Made by a program: the position numbers and the translations under genes. This document shows, one piece after another, positions 42,449 to 51,254 of a stretch of DNA of 64,000 bases (positions are counted from its first letter, which is position 1; each line of letters begins with the position of its first letter). The stretch comes from an uncultured Acidobacteriota bacterium (GTDB lineage Bacteria > Acidobacteriota > Polarisedimenticolia > Polarisedimenticolales > DASRJG01), in contig CAZYHZ010000012.1 of the NCBI GenBank assembly GCA_964647625.1, positions 1 to 64,000 on the forward strand, written 5' to 3'. Below the pieces are notes generated by a model. It was not told where the DNA came from, did not search any database, and saw nothing but the letters and a program-made list of their open reading frames with translations.

Positions 42449-44326
42449 CTATTTGTCCGACGGGTTCGTCGCGACGCGACGTGGGTCCGCTTCTCGAAGG
42501 GCGGTGAACTTCCACAGGCTGGCGGCCGCCGAATGACGCACACCCGGATCCCGGTCGTTCAGCAACGCCTTCAGCTGGGGCGTGAACTGCCTGACGGCAG
42601 CGGGTCCCATGGCCCCCACCTTCTCGGCCGCCCCACGCCTGATCTGTGCGCTGGAGTCGTTCAGCTCCTCCAAGATGCTCTGAACGGCCGACTTGTCGTT
42701 GTCGCTGAAATAGCCGATCGCACTGAGCGCATCGACGGTCTTGAGGCGAACCGACTGGTCGGGGTCGTTCAGCAGGGGCGAAATCTCGGTGCTGAACTTC
42801 GCGGCGCTCGAGGGATCATGAGCGGCGGCGTAGGTAAACGCGGCGAGCGCGCTCCCGCGAACGGCGCTGTTCGAGTCTCTCAGGAGTCCGGTCACCTCGG
42901 TCAGACGTGGAATGGTCGACGAAGTGCCGAGGCTTCCGAAGGCCGTTGCCGCGCTTCCACGGACCGAGGCGTCCGGATCCCGAAGCAGCGAGACGAATTC
43001 CGATGCGTAAGGCGCGGCCGCCTGGTCGCCCAGGGACGAGAGGTCGGTGACCGCCTTCGCGCGCACCACTGGGCTGGGCGATTTCATGAGCGACGCGAGC
43101 GTGTCTGCGCTCGGGTGCGTCACTTGCCACCACCGGAGGGCCCCCAGACCTAACATGACGAATAGAACACTGGCTGATCCGAGCCAGGCTCGCCGCCTGA
43201 GGCGCGTTGACTTGGACTTGAGCGTCTCGATGTGCAGCTGAGCTTCACGGGCCGACTGTTCCGCTTGCTCGGCGCGGACCGCGGCCTCCCGAGCCACTTC
43301 CCGGGCGTGGGAAAGCTCGACTCGCTGGTTCGCGACCTCTGCGTGCGTGGCCGTTTCTTCGAGGGCGGTCCAGTCCAGGCGATTCGACAGAAGCGTTGCC
43401 AGCCTGGCGTACGCCGCGCCGAGCGATGTCGGATCCAGTCGCTCCCGCTCGCTCTCCAGGACGGGGATTCGCTCACCGAAGCTCCAGCCGGCGACGTAGG
43501 GGATGAAGAGCCGGTTCAACGCGTCCGACGGGGCGACGTCATGGGGCAGCCACTCCCGGTAGAGATCGCTGAATTCCTCCGCGAAGATGCGCTGCCATTC
43601 GAGCGACTTGTCGTACTCCTTGTCCCGTTCGTCCCTCGCCGGAACGGGCACCCCCAGCAATTTGTTACGGTTCACCGGCAGCTTGGAGCGCGCACTGATT
43701 GCACGTGCCATCACGTTCTTGATTCCGGCGATGTTTTGGAAATTCGTCACGAAAAGGAGGACCAGCACATCCGGCAGGATCACCGTGCAAACGTCGCCGA
43801 TGTCCGTGATTCCCGTCCGGCTGTCGACCAGGATGAAGTCGTACGATTCACGCCATTCGTTCCGCAATGCGTCGATGTGGTTCCCGATGTTGTGATGGCG
43901 GTACAACGTGTCCCAGTCGAGTTGCTGGATGCGCTGCCGGTAGTCATCGCCGCGGCGCCCCGCCGAGATGATGTCGATCGGGTGGCCGAACACATCCGCC
44001 GTCAAGCGGCAGTTTCGCCAGTCGAGTGGCGCGCCCTTGCCGTACCCCTCGACGACGTCGACGACGCCGGGCGTTTTCGCCGGGTCGCCCACGAGCCGGC
44101 CGGACTTCTCGAAATAAATCTCGAGACCCGGCGCCTCGAGATCCCAATCGATGAGCAGGACACGATGACCTGCGGCCGCCATGACCGCACCGACGTTGGC
44201 GAGCGCCATCGAGCGGCCCACGCCGCCCTTGTAGGAATAGAACGTATAAACGAGGCCGAGGGGGTTCTCGGTAGATCCATCAATCACCGGCAGGCCTCCT
44301 GATCGGCTGTTCCGGTGTGACTCCAT
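42449..44326 (-). CDS. KGGVGR-motif ParA/MinD-like P-loop ATPase, then coiled-coil, TM and C-terminal HEAT/PBS-lyase repeats
   Basis: Deviant Walker A (YSYKGGVGRSMALANVGAVMA), coiled-coil, TM (AWLGSASVLFVMLGLGAL) and HEAT repeats (VRAKAVTDLSSLGD...). An alternative GTG start at 44287 overlaps the TIR stop (GTGATTGA). Confidence 0.85.
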   Translation of the reverse strand: MESHRNSRSGGLPVIDGSTENPLGLVYTFYSYKGGVGRSMALANVGAVMAAAGHRVLLIDWDLEAPGLEIYFEKSGRLVGDPAKTPGVVDVVEGYGKGAPLDWRNCRLTADVFGHPIDIISAGRRGDDYRQRIQQLDWDTLYRHHNIGNHIDALRNEWRESYDFILVDSRTGITDIGDVCTVILPDVLVLLFVTNFQNIAGIKNVMARAISARSKLPVNRNKLLGVPVPARDERDKEYDKSLEWQRIFAEEFSDLYREWLPHDVAPSDALNRLFIPYVAGWSFGERIPVLESERERLDPTSLGAAYARLATLLSNRLDWTALEETATHAEVANQRVELSHAREVAREAAVRAEQAEQSAREAQLHIETLKSKSTRLRRRAWLGSASVLFVMLGLGALRWWQVTHPSADTLASLMKSPSPVVRAKAVTDLSSLGDQAAAPYASEFVSLLRDPDASVRGSAATAFGSLGTSSTIPRLTEVTGLLRDSNSAVRGSALAAFTYAAAHDPSSAAKFSTEISPLLNDPDQSVRLKTVDALSAIGYFSDNDKSAVQSILEELNDSSAQIRRGAAEKVGAMGPAAVRQFTPQLKALLNDRDPGVRHSAAASLWKFTALREADPRRVATNPSDK

Positions 44327-44861
44327 CCTCGGGGACTTCGACGACGGGGAACCCGTCGTCGTAGGGAGGCGCGTTGAGGATCGTCTGGGCGAGCTCGTGC
44401 GCGAACGGCTTCAGGATCTGATTCTCGAAATCGACGGCGGATTCCGTCTTCCAAAACATCGGCAGAGTCGATGTGAACTGACTGAAGTCCCGAGAATGCT
44501 TCGCCGTGGCGAGCGCCGGGAAGGATTCGCCGTCAAAGTACCGCACCGGGACCACGAGGTCGCAATGAGCAACACGCTCGCGCTCGACGAAGGTCATCCA
44601 CTCCGAAACGCACCAGCGGGATCGGAAGTACAGGGGCGACCAGACGCACAGGATGCAGCGTGACCGCTTGAGCGAATCCGCCATCTTCTTTCGCCAGTCG
44701 ACGCCTGTCTTGATGTCCTCGGTATCGAAGAATATCTGGACGTCCTGGCGCTGAAGCTCCAGCTTCAACCAATAGTGCAGCTTGGTCTTGACGGTCTCAT
44801 GCCACGCGTCGCTTTCCCGGTCGCGCTTGTAGCTGAAGAAAACGTCGTACAGATAGTCCAA
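44280..44861 (-). CDS. TIR-domain protein
   Basis: TTG start, 5 nt after GAGGTG. TIR motifs are YDVFFSYKRD and SRCILCVWSPLYFRSRWCVSEW. Confidence 0.88.
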   Translation of the reverse strand: MDYLYDVFFSYKRDRESDAWHETVKTKLHYWLKLELQRQDVQIFFDTEDIKTGVDWRKKMADSLKRSRCILCVWSPLYFRSRWCVSEWMTFVERERVAHCDLVVPVRYFDGESFPALATAKHSRDFSQFTSTLPMFWKTESAVDFENQILKPFAHELAQTILNAPPYDDGFPVVEVPEDGVTPEQPIRRPAGD

Positions 44862-44997
44862 CGCTCACCTCGCCGATCGAACCCGCTTGAATCGCGAGCG
44901 AAGAGATGTCGCCGTCGAATCTCAGCCTGGCTATGGGGCCAGCGAGCCGATTCTAACCCCGAACGTTCTGCCGAGGCACCACTTCTTGTCGCCGTCC

Positions 44998-45873
44998 CTA
45001 GACTCGCCGGGCCACCCACGATCGATGCTCCCGGGAAACGACGGCCTCGACGTCATTGACCAATCGCGCCAGATCGGCCTCGCTCTGAACTCCTTGGGCG
45101 CGCGATTTCAGCTCGTTGAGGTCGCTGTGCGCGGCGCTGTAGGCGCCCGCCAGCTCCGAGAACTTCTTGGCCTGGGACCACGCCAAAAGGCAGGCCGATA
45201 GGGCCGCCACGGCCCCGGTCGGGTTGTATTCGCGGATGACGAACATACGGGACGCCGCGGCGATGATCGCGAGGACCTCGAGCACGGTGATCGCCCGGAA
45301 CGAAATTGAATCCGCAACCGCGTTCGCCTTCGCGCTCTCGCGGTACCAGTCGATCTGGTCCTGGAGGCGGTGCGTCGAATAGACGTCCGTCCGCTCCGCC
45401 AGCGTCATCGACCGGAGCCGCAGCATCGCGGGAGTGATCTCGTCCCCGGAGACGCCGAACCGCGCGATGTGTGCGTCCATCCGGGGAAAGCGCCGCCGCA
45501 GTTGGTGAAGCTCATCCAAGAAACTCTCGGCGTCTTCGGCTCCGCCCGGCCTCATCACGAATCGCCACGTTGCGGCCTTGACGCTCTCGGCGATCGCCCT
45601 CGTGCGGAACCATCTGTCGTCCAGCGCGGCCAATTTGAGCGTCAACGTCAACACCAACGCGAAAAACATCAAAATCGCAATCAGCCCGTCGACCCGATGC
45701 GCGAGCGGCAGGTCGCGTGGTGACCAGGCCGACAGGAATGCCGTCGCGCCCAGCAGCAGAAGGTGCGCTCCGAGCCAACGTAGATAGGAGCGCTGATAGG
45801 CCCGCGCGGCCGCAGAGCTCGACTGCAAGATCGCGGGGCCACCCTGCAGCGGGCTTACAGACGCCTTGGGCAT
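44998..45873 (-). CDS. SLATT-domain (DUF4231) membrane protein
   Basis: ATG at 45873, 6 nt after GGAGAA. The conserved block is YQRSYLRWLGAHLL...2TM...LDDRWFRTRAIAESVKAATWRF. The ORF-track start at 46086 is an extension. Confidence 0.75.
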   Translation of the reverse strand: MPKASVSPLQGGPAILQSSSAAARAYQRSYLRWLGAHLLLLGATAFLSAWSPRDLPLAHRVDGLIAILMFFALVLTLTLKLAALDDRWFRTRAIAESVKAATWRFVMRPGGAEDAESFLDELHQLRRRFPRMDAHIARFGVSGDEITPAMLRLRSMTLAERTDVYSTHRLQDQIDWYRESAKANAVADSISFRAITVLEVLAIIAAASRMFVIREYNPTGAVAALSACLLAWSQAKKFSELAGAYSAAHSDLNELKSRAQGVQSEADLARLVNDVEAVVSREHRSWVARRV

Positions 45874-45993
45874 ACATTCTCCGAACCGATTGCGCTCTGA
45901 TGCGGTATGATCCCGGTCAGATAGCCACCCGAGGAATCGGGCATCCCGCCCAATTCGAAACGGTGCACGTCTTACCACAGCGGGGTCACCATC

Positions 45994-48246
45994 GTGTACG
46001 TCCTCAGCAAAGATCCAAGATTCAACAGCCTCTCCGTGGCGGATCTTCTCGAAGCGCGTGATCTCTATCACACGCATCTGATCCACAAGAGGAACGTCGT
46101 CGGCACGGCGATCGGCCGGTACCTCATCCGGAAGGACGACAGTGCGCGGCGCAGCGACGGCTCCAAGCCCGAGCGCCGTTTCGACAACTCAGAGATCAAA
46201 GATTGGTCGTGGCCCTGCGTGATCGTACTCGTCGACCAATGGGAGGACTCGGCGGCGCCCTACGACCTGGTTCCCAAGACGCTCTATCTGCCTGACGGAC
46301 GAAGCGTGCCCGTCTGCCTCGTCCTCGTGGATCGACAACCCCACGATGGATCGAAGATCCCGCATTGGGTCTGGCCCGACGGTTTGTGGGGCGGGGGCAT
46401 GCCTCTCATCGTCGATGCTCAACGCATCGAGCGAGTCGCAAGCTCCGGCTGCCTCGTGAGCGACGGTCACACCCTCTACGTGTTGACCAACCGGCATGTG
46501 TGCGGAAACCCGGGCCAGGCCGTGTACACCCTGCAATCGGGGCGACGCAAGCTCGTTGGTCACGCCAGCGACAAGCAGCTGACCCGGAGGGCGTTCAAGA
46601 AGGTGTACACGGGTTACGTTGGCCGCCAGACGTGGCTGAACCTCGACGTCGGTCTGGTCGAGCTCGACGACGCCAGTGCGTGGACGTCGCAGGTGTACGG
46701 GCTTGGCCCTGTGGGCCAGCTCGCCGACCTCAGCGAGATCAACATCAGCCTGCGTCTCATCGACGAGCCCGTGGTGGCACACGGAGCGGCCTCCGGTCAG
46801 CTCGATGGAAAGATCATGGCGTTGTTCTATCGGTATCGGTCCGTGGGCGGGTTCGAGTACGTGGCCGATCTCTTGATCGCTCCTCCCGGTCGCGGAAAGC
46901 TCCAAACGCAACCGGGAGACTCGGGAACGATTTGGCATCTTCGAGACACCGATACCAAGAAGCTGCTGCCTCTCGCCATCGAGTGGGGCGGCCAGACGAT
47001 CGCCGATCCGCAAGCCGGGGGCCTCGTCAATTTCGCGCTCGCCACCAACCTGAGCACCGTGTGCCGTCTCCTCGATGTCGACGTCGTGGGCGACCACAAC
47101 GTCGGCGTTGCGCCCTACTGGGGGCAAACGGGTCACTACAGCATCGGATCGCTTGCGTGCGACCTCGTATCGTCGAAGAACCTTTCTCAGCTCATGACTT
47201 CGAATCGTGATCGGATCGCGTTCGCTACCGCCGAGCTGAATCCGGCGGACATCGGGGACGCGATCAAGACCGCGAAAACGGACGCCGGATTCATTCCGCT
47301 CGCGGACGTTCCCGATCTCGTCTGGAAGACGCTCGTCGGAAAAGTTGCCGGCGGCCGAGATCCGTACCGTGGCGCCAAGGGGCGCTCGAACGGCCCGGAG
47401 CATCCGACCCATTACGCCGACATCGACGAGGAGCGCGAGAGCGACGGCAAGACCCTGCGTCAGTTGTGTATGGAAGATCCGTCGAACGTCGACGTGGAGG
47501 TGTGGAAAAAGTTCTACACCGACCTTGGCCACACAGAGTACGGGAAACGCGGTCTCCTTCCATTCCGGGTGTGGCAGTTCTACGACGCGATGATCGCCGC
47601 GGTGAAGTCCAAGAAGCTCGATGAGTTCGTTTGCGCGGCCGGTCTCGTCTCGCACTACGTCGGCGACGCCTGTCAACCGCTCCACGGCTCGAAGCTGGCC
47701 GACGGATACGCCGATCAGCCAACCACGGTGGAGCACACCCGAAGGGCGACGGGCGAGACCTACGAGGAGGACTCGCACGTCGGTGCGGGAGTGCATTCCG
47801 CGTACGAGACGAACATGGTCGACCGGTTCGCATCGGAGCTGGTGGCCGGTCTGACAAAGGCGATCAAGGAGCCTTCGAAGGGGCCCAAGCCGGTCGCATC
47901 GGGGCATGAAGCGGCCGCGGCCATCGTCGCTCTGATGGATCGCACTGCGAAACGCCTTCCGCCGGAACAGCTCATACAGACGTATCTCAAGGCCGGCGGA
48001 AAGAAGGCCGTCGCCGTTTACGAAGCGCTCTGGGATGCGTATGGCGACGCGACCATCGAGACGATGCTCGATGGGTCGCAGGTCCTGGCGATGATTTGGG
48101 ACAGCGCGTGGTCGGCAGGGAAGGGCGATTCGATTCCCCAGGGGTCGTTGGCGGCGATCAAGAAGGAGACGTTGCAGGAGCTGTACGAGAACACGGAGTT
48201 CGTCCCGTCGCTCGACCTGGATCACATCGGCGCCGTCCTGAAATGA
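45994..48246 (+). CDS. Fusion protein: N-terminal trypsin-like serine protease domain plus C-terminal S1/P1-nuclease (Zn-dependent PLC/nuclease) domain
   Basis: GTG start. Trypsin catalytic elements are TNRHV (His), DVGLVEL (Asp) and GDSGTIWH (Ser). The C-terminal SHYVGDACQPLH matches the S1-P1 nuclease HxxGDxxQPxH signature. Confidence 0.85.
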   Translation: MYVLSKDPRFNSLSVADLLEARDLYHTHLIHKRNVVGTAIGRYLIRKDDSARRSDGSKPERRFDNSEIKDWSWPCVIVLVDQWEDSAAPYDLVPKTLYLPDGRSVPVCLVLVDRQPHDGSKIPHWVWPDGLWGGGMPLIVDAQRIERVASSGCLVSDGHTLYVLTNRHVCGNPGQAVYTLQSGRRKLVGHASDKQLTRRAFKKVYTGYVGRQTWLNLDVGLVELDDASAWTSQVYGLGPVGQLADLSEINISLRLIDEPVVAHGAASGQLDGKIMALFYRYRSVGGFEYVADLLIAPPGRGKLQTQPGDSGTIWHLRDTDTKKLLPLAIEWGGQTIADPQAGGLVNFALATNLSTVCRLLDVDVVGDHNVGVAPYWGQTGHYSIGSLACDLVSSKNLSQLMTSNRDRIAFATAELNPADIGDAIKTAKTDAGFIPLADVPDLVWKTLVGKVAGGRDPYRGAKGRSNGPEHPTHYADIDEERESDGKTLRQLCMEDPSNVDVEVWKKFYTDLGHTEYGKRGLLPFRVWQFYDAMIAAVKSKKLDEFVCAAGLVSHYVGDACQPLHGSKLADGYADQPTTVEHTRRATGETYEEDSHVGAGVHSAYETNMVDRFASELVAGLTKAIKEPSKGPKPVASGHEAAAAIVALMDRTAKRLPPEQLIQTYLKAGGKKAVAVYEALWDAYGDATIETMLDGSQVLAMIWDSAWSAGKGDSIPQGSLAAIKKETLQELYENTEFVPSLDLDHIGAVLK

Positions 48247-48271
48247 CGGCGCTCGAACAGGAGACGCGACG

Positions 48272-49159
48272 ATGACGCGTGGCGCATTCGGTTTCGAAGT
48301 GAACGACGAGGGGGACCTCCTCAACTCGGTACGGAACGTCGAGACGCTGCGACGATTGTTCCTGGATCACACGTTGATCACGGGCGACGATCTCGGCCCG
48401 GGCGATCGAGGGGACTTCGACGTCGGGGCGTGGCACGTGAGCTGCCACTTGGCGGGCGCCGGCGGCGTCCGGAAGAGTCGAACCGGTAAGCTGCTCTGGC
48501 TCGAGATCTCGCACGATCACGACCGCGATTCGTACTATGCGAGCGTTTCCTTGCGCGACGGTGGATCCGTTCGCACCGTCCGGATCGAGACGGCGGAAGG
48601 CCGGTCGATTCTGAGCGGCTCGCGGCTCCTCGGGTTCGTGGAGGGAACCTCGATCGGTCCCATCTCCGCGCACGGCGTGCAGGACCCTCCCGATCTCTTC
48701 AATCTCTGGCGGAGGCAAGATTTCGACCAGCCGATCGGCGAGACGATCGAAGGCGGGAAGGTCTGGGAGCACTGGTGCACGCTCCGCGATATCCGGCCGA
48801 CGCATCGCATCGGGACCGTCACCTTGAGCGCGTACGTCGCCCTCGCCGCGGCGCTCGGAGATCGGTTTGCCGCGACGGTGGCTCGTGGCCGCAGAGAGTA
48901 CGGGCACCCGGTCCAGCTCGCAGCGTTCGTCTGGTCGGGATTCGTCGGACGTCGTTCCGCGACGTGGGACACGAAACCGGCCCCGATCCCAGCCGCTGCG
49001 GAACCCTTGCTGCTGAGCGCCGATCCCGCTCAGGCGCTCGAGGCCGTCGAGCGCTTGGACTGGCCGTCGCTGCGCTACTACATGTACCGCCGAAAGATCA
49101 AAGGCTGGAGCGCGGCCGCCCATGTGAGCAAAGACATCAAAGCGTTCAAGCCGGCGTGA
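48272..49159 (+). CDS. Hypothetical protein (no recognisable domain)
   Basis: ATG 7 nt after AGGAGA and 25 nt after the upstream stop. Coding-like composition. Confidence 0.7.
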   Translation: MTRGAFGFEVNDEGDLLNSVRNVETLRRLFLDHTLITGDDLGPGDRGDFDVGAWHVSCHLAGAGGVRKSRTGKLLWLEISHDHDRDSYYASVSLRDGGSVRTVRIETAEGRSILSGSRLLGFVEGTSIGPISAHGVQDPPDLFNLWRRQDFDQPIGETIEGGKVWEHWCTLRDIRPTHRIGTVTLSAYVALAAALGDRFAATVARGRREYGHPVQLAAFVWSGFVGRRSATWDTKPAPIPAAAEPLLLSADPAQALEAVERLDWPSLRYYMYRRKIKGWSAAAHVSKDIKAFKPA

Positions 49160-49176
49160 CGAGCCAGAGGACAACG

Positions 49177-50358
49177 ATGCCGAAACATCTCATTGTTCGC
49201 GACGCCGCGGCCGTCAAGGCCGTCGAAGCGATCGGCGACCACACGGATAGCTGGAAGGCAGGCTGGGCCGCAATCAAGTCCGGTGGCGAGGTCATCGCAG
49301 AGATCCAGTCGATCGCGCGCGCCCGGTCCTGGACCTCGCTCACGGACGCGACGCCGTTTCTCAACGATCACGCACAGCGCCTCCTCGAGATGCGCCTCGA
49401 AGCGATCCACAAGTTCAAGATCGCTCCGCATCACCGTCGCGGTTTCAGGATGAATGTGCGTTCGGGAGCTCGGAAGCCGCGAAGCGTTCGGGCGCTGTGT
49501 CTGATCAGCGGGTACGAAGGCCAGGAAATCCCCGGCCTCGTCGATGCCGAAAGGGTCGTGGTCGACGCCGAGCACATGGAGCAGGCGCTGGGTCCCGCAG
49601 CGATCGCGGAGATCTTCAAGATCCGGAAGCGCATCGGGGAGAACGTCCTGATCTCCACCAACGTCTCCGAGTCACCGCAAATCGTGAGGTCGGCCCAGAC
49701 GGGCGCCGTCGATGTCCGCTCGACCGCGGCACTCTCCGCGTCCAAGGTGATTGCAGCCATCAGCGCGGGAGCCGACGTCGTCAAGGTCGGCTTCGCCAAT
49801 CCAAACCCGTTCAAGGGAGATCTCGGCTTCGAGGTGATCCTGAGTCAGATGAAGCTGATCCGTTCGATGATCGACGACGTCGTCAAGGAGAGACTGGTCG
49901 TCTTCCCGCTCAGCCGCACGGAAGGACAATTTCCGCTGATCAGCGTTTTTTTCCCCGAGATGGGGATCGACAGCGCGGGCGAGCGGCCGGTCGAAATCGC
50001 ACAGAAGGGAATCGAGCTGACCAAGAAAGCCGGCTGGCAGGGGATGCTGATCGATACGTTCGAGAAGTACACGGGCCGCCGGTACCCGGATTTCTACTCG
50101 CTGGCTGATACGGCGGCGCTTGCAAGCGCCGCGCACGAGTCGAAGCTCGAGTTATGGATCGCCGGCTCCATCCTCCAAGCGGAGGTTGCCGCTTATCTGA
50201 AATGCGGCGTCGACCTCATCTGCTTCGGCGGGGCTGCCCGTCATGCGGAGGGAATCCGCGTCACGTCGAAGGGGGCCAAGCGGGACGAGTCCATCAAGCG
50301 GCCTCTCGTCGAAAAGCTCGTCGCGACGTTCAACAAGCTCGATCCCAAGGGCCGCTGA
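49177..50358 (+). CDS. Hypothetical protein, possibly aldolase-type TIM-barrel-like (AISAGADVVKVGFANP block)
   Basis: ATG at 49177 after AGAGGA, 17 nt after the upstream stop. The stop overlaps the next ATG (TGATG). The fold assignment is speculative. Confidence 0.7.
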   Translation: MPKHLIVRDAAAVKAVEAIGDHTDSWKAGWAAIKSGGEVIAEIQSIARARSWTSLTDATPFLNDHAQRLLEMRLEAIHKFKIAPHHRRGFRMNVRSGARKPRSVRALCLISGYEGQEIPGLVDAERVVVDAEHMEQALGPAAIAEIFKIRKRIGENVLISTNVSESPQIVRSAQTGAVDVRSTAALSASKVIAAISAGADVVKVGFANPNPFKGDLGFEVILSQMKLIRSMIDDVVKERLVVFPLSRTEGQFPLISVFFPEMGIDSAGERPVEIAQKGIELTKKAGWQGMLIDTFEKYTGRRYPDFYSLADTAALASAAHESKLELWIAGSILQAEVAAYLKCGVDLICFGGAARHAEGIRVTSKGAKRDESIKRPLVEKLVATFNKLDPKGR

Positions 50359-51242
50359 TGCCCCAACGCGCCAAACGTCGCGGGCTCCTCTCGGACGCTC
50401 GCGTCTATCTTTCGGGGCCCATGGATTTCGTCGCGTCGCGCGCCGACGAAAAGACGCACGGGTGGCGCAATAGGGTCGGAGAGTTCCTGCGGGCTCTCGG
50501 AGTGACGGTATTCGACCCGTGGTTCAAGCCGGAGGTCCGCGGGCTTCATCAATACGGCATCGAATCCGAATCCACCGTCAATGCCCGCGAGAGCTGGACG
50601 TTCGCTCGTGGGAAGCTCGGCGGTCGCGCCAGGGCCAAATGCGTGGCGCAGTACTGGCAGACTCTTCACACGGATCTCAGGATGGTCGACACCAGCGATT
50701 TCATCGTTGCCTACGTTCCCACCAATATTTACAGCGTGGGCACGCCGCACGAGATTGCGCTCGCTCGCCAGCAGCGCAAACCCGTGCTCTTCGTGAGTCC
50801 CGCGGTGGAGATTCCTGCGCTCGACGAGCTGAAGCGTCATCTGGAAGACCGCAACGATGCACGAGGCCGAAAACTGCTCGAAGATCTCTGCAACGAGACG
50901 CCGATCAAGCCGAACCCAAGGGGCATTCCCAGCCTCTGGTACATGCCTCTCGTCGGCGGACAAAATTTTTTCGACGGTTTCGGTTTCCACCAATACGCCA
51001 GGCTATTCCCGGACTGGAAACCGATCTCTATCGACGGCCAAGAAGCGAAGAAGCGGCCTGTCCGACCGCTGCTGCCGTTTCTCGAGCGGGTCAATCGAGA
51101 GCTTCCTCTCAAGTGGGACGCGGCAGGCAGGCGTCCTCGACCCGACGACGACTGGCTTCTCTGGGACCTCCGACGCGCCGGTCGTCGAAAGGCAGGGGCA
51201 CAACTCAAGGGCGTTCGAAGCTCGACCGAGTCCCTGGGCTGA
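50358..51242 (+). CDS. Nucleoside 2-deoxyribosyltransferase-like (NDT/DNPH1-fold) domain protein
   Basis: ATG at 50358. VYLSGPMDF corresponds to the NDT YFGAGWF-type strand. The DFIVAYVPTNIYSVGTPHEIALA block carries a Glu at the NDT catalytic-Glu position. Confidence 0.75.
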   Translation: MPQRAKRRGLLSDARVYLSGPMDFVASRADEKTHGWRNRVGEFLRALGVTVFDPWFKPEVRGLHQYGIESESTVNARESWTFARGKLGGRARAKCVAQYWQTLHTDLRMVDTSDFIVAYVPTNIYSVGTPHEIALARQQRKPVLFVSPAVEIPALDELKRHLEDRNDARGRKLLEDLCNETPIKPNPRGIPSLWYMPLVGGQNFFDGFGFHQYARLFPDWKPISIDGQEAKKRPVRPLLPFLERVNRELPLKWDAAGRRPRPDDDWLLWDLRRAGRRKAGAQLKGVRSSTESLG

Positions 51243-51254
51243 CGATTCGGTCGG

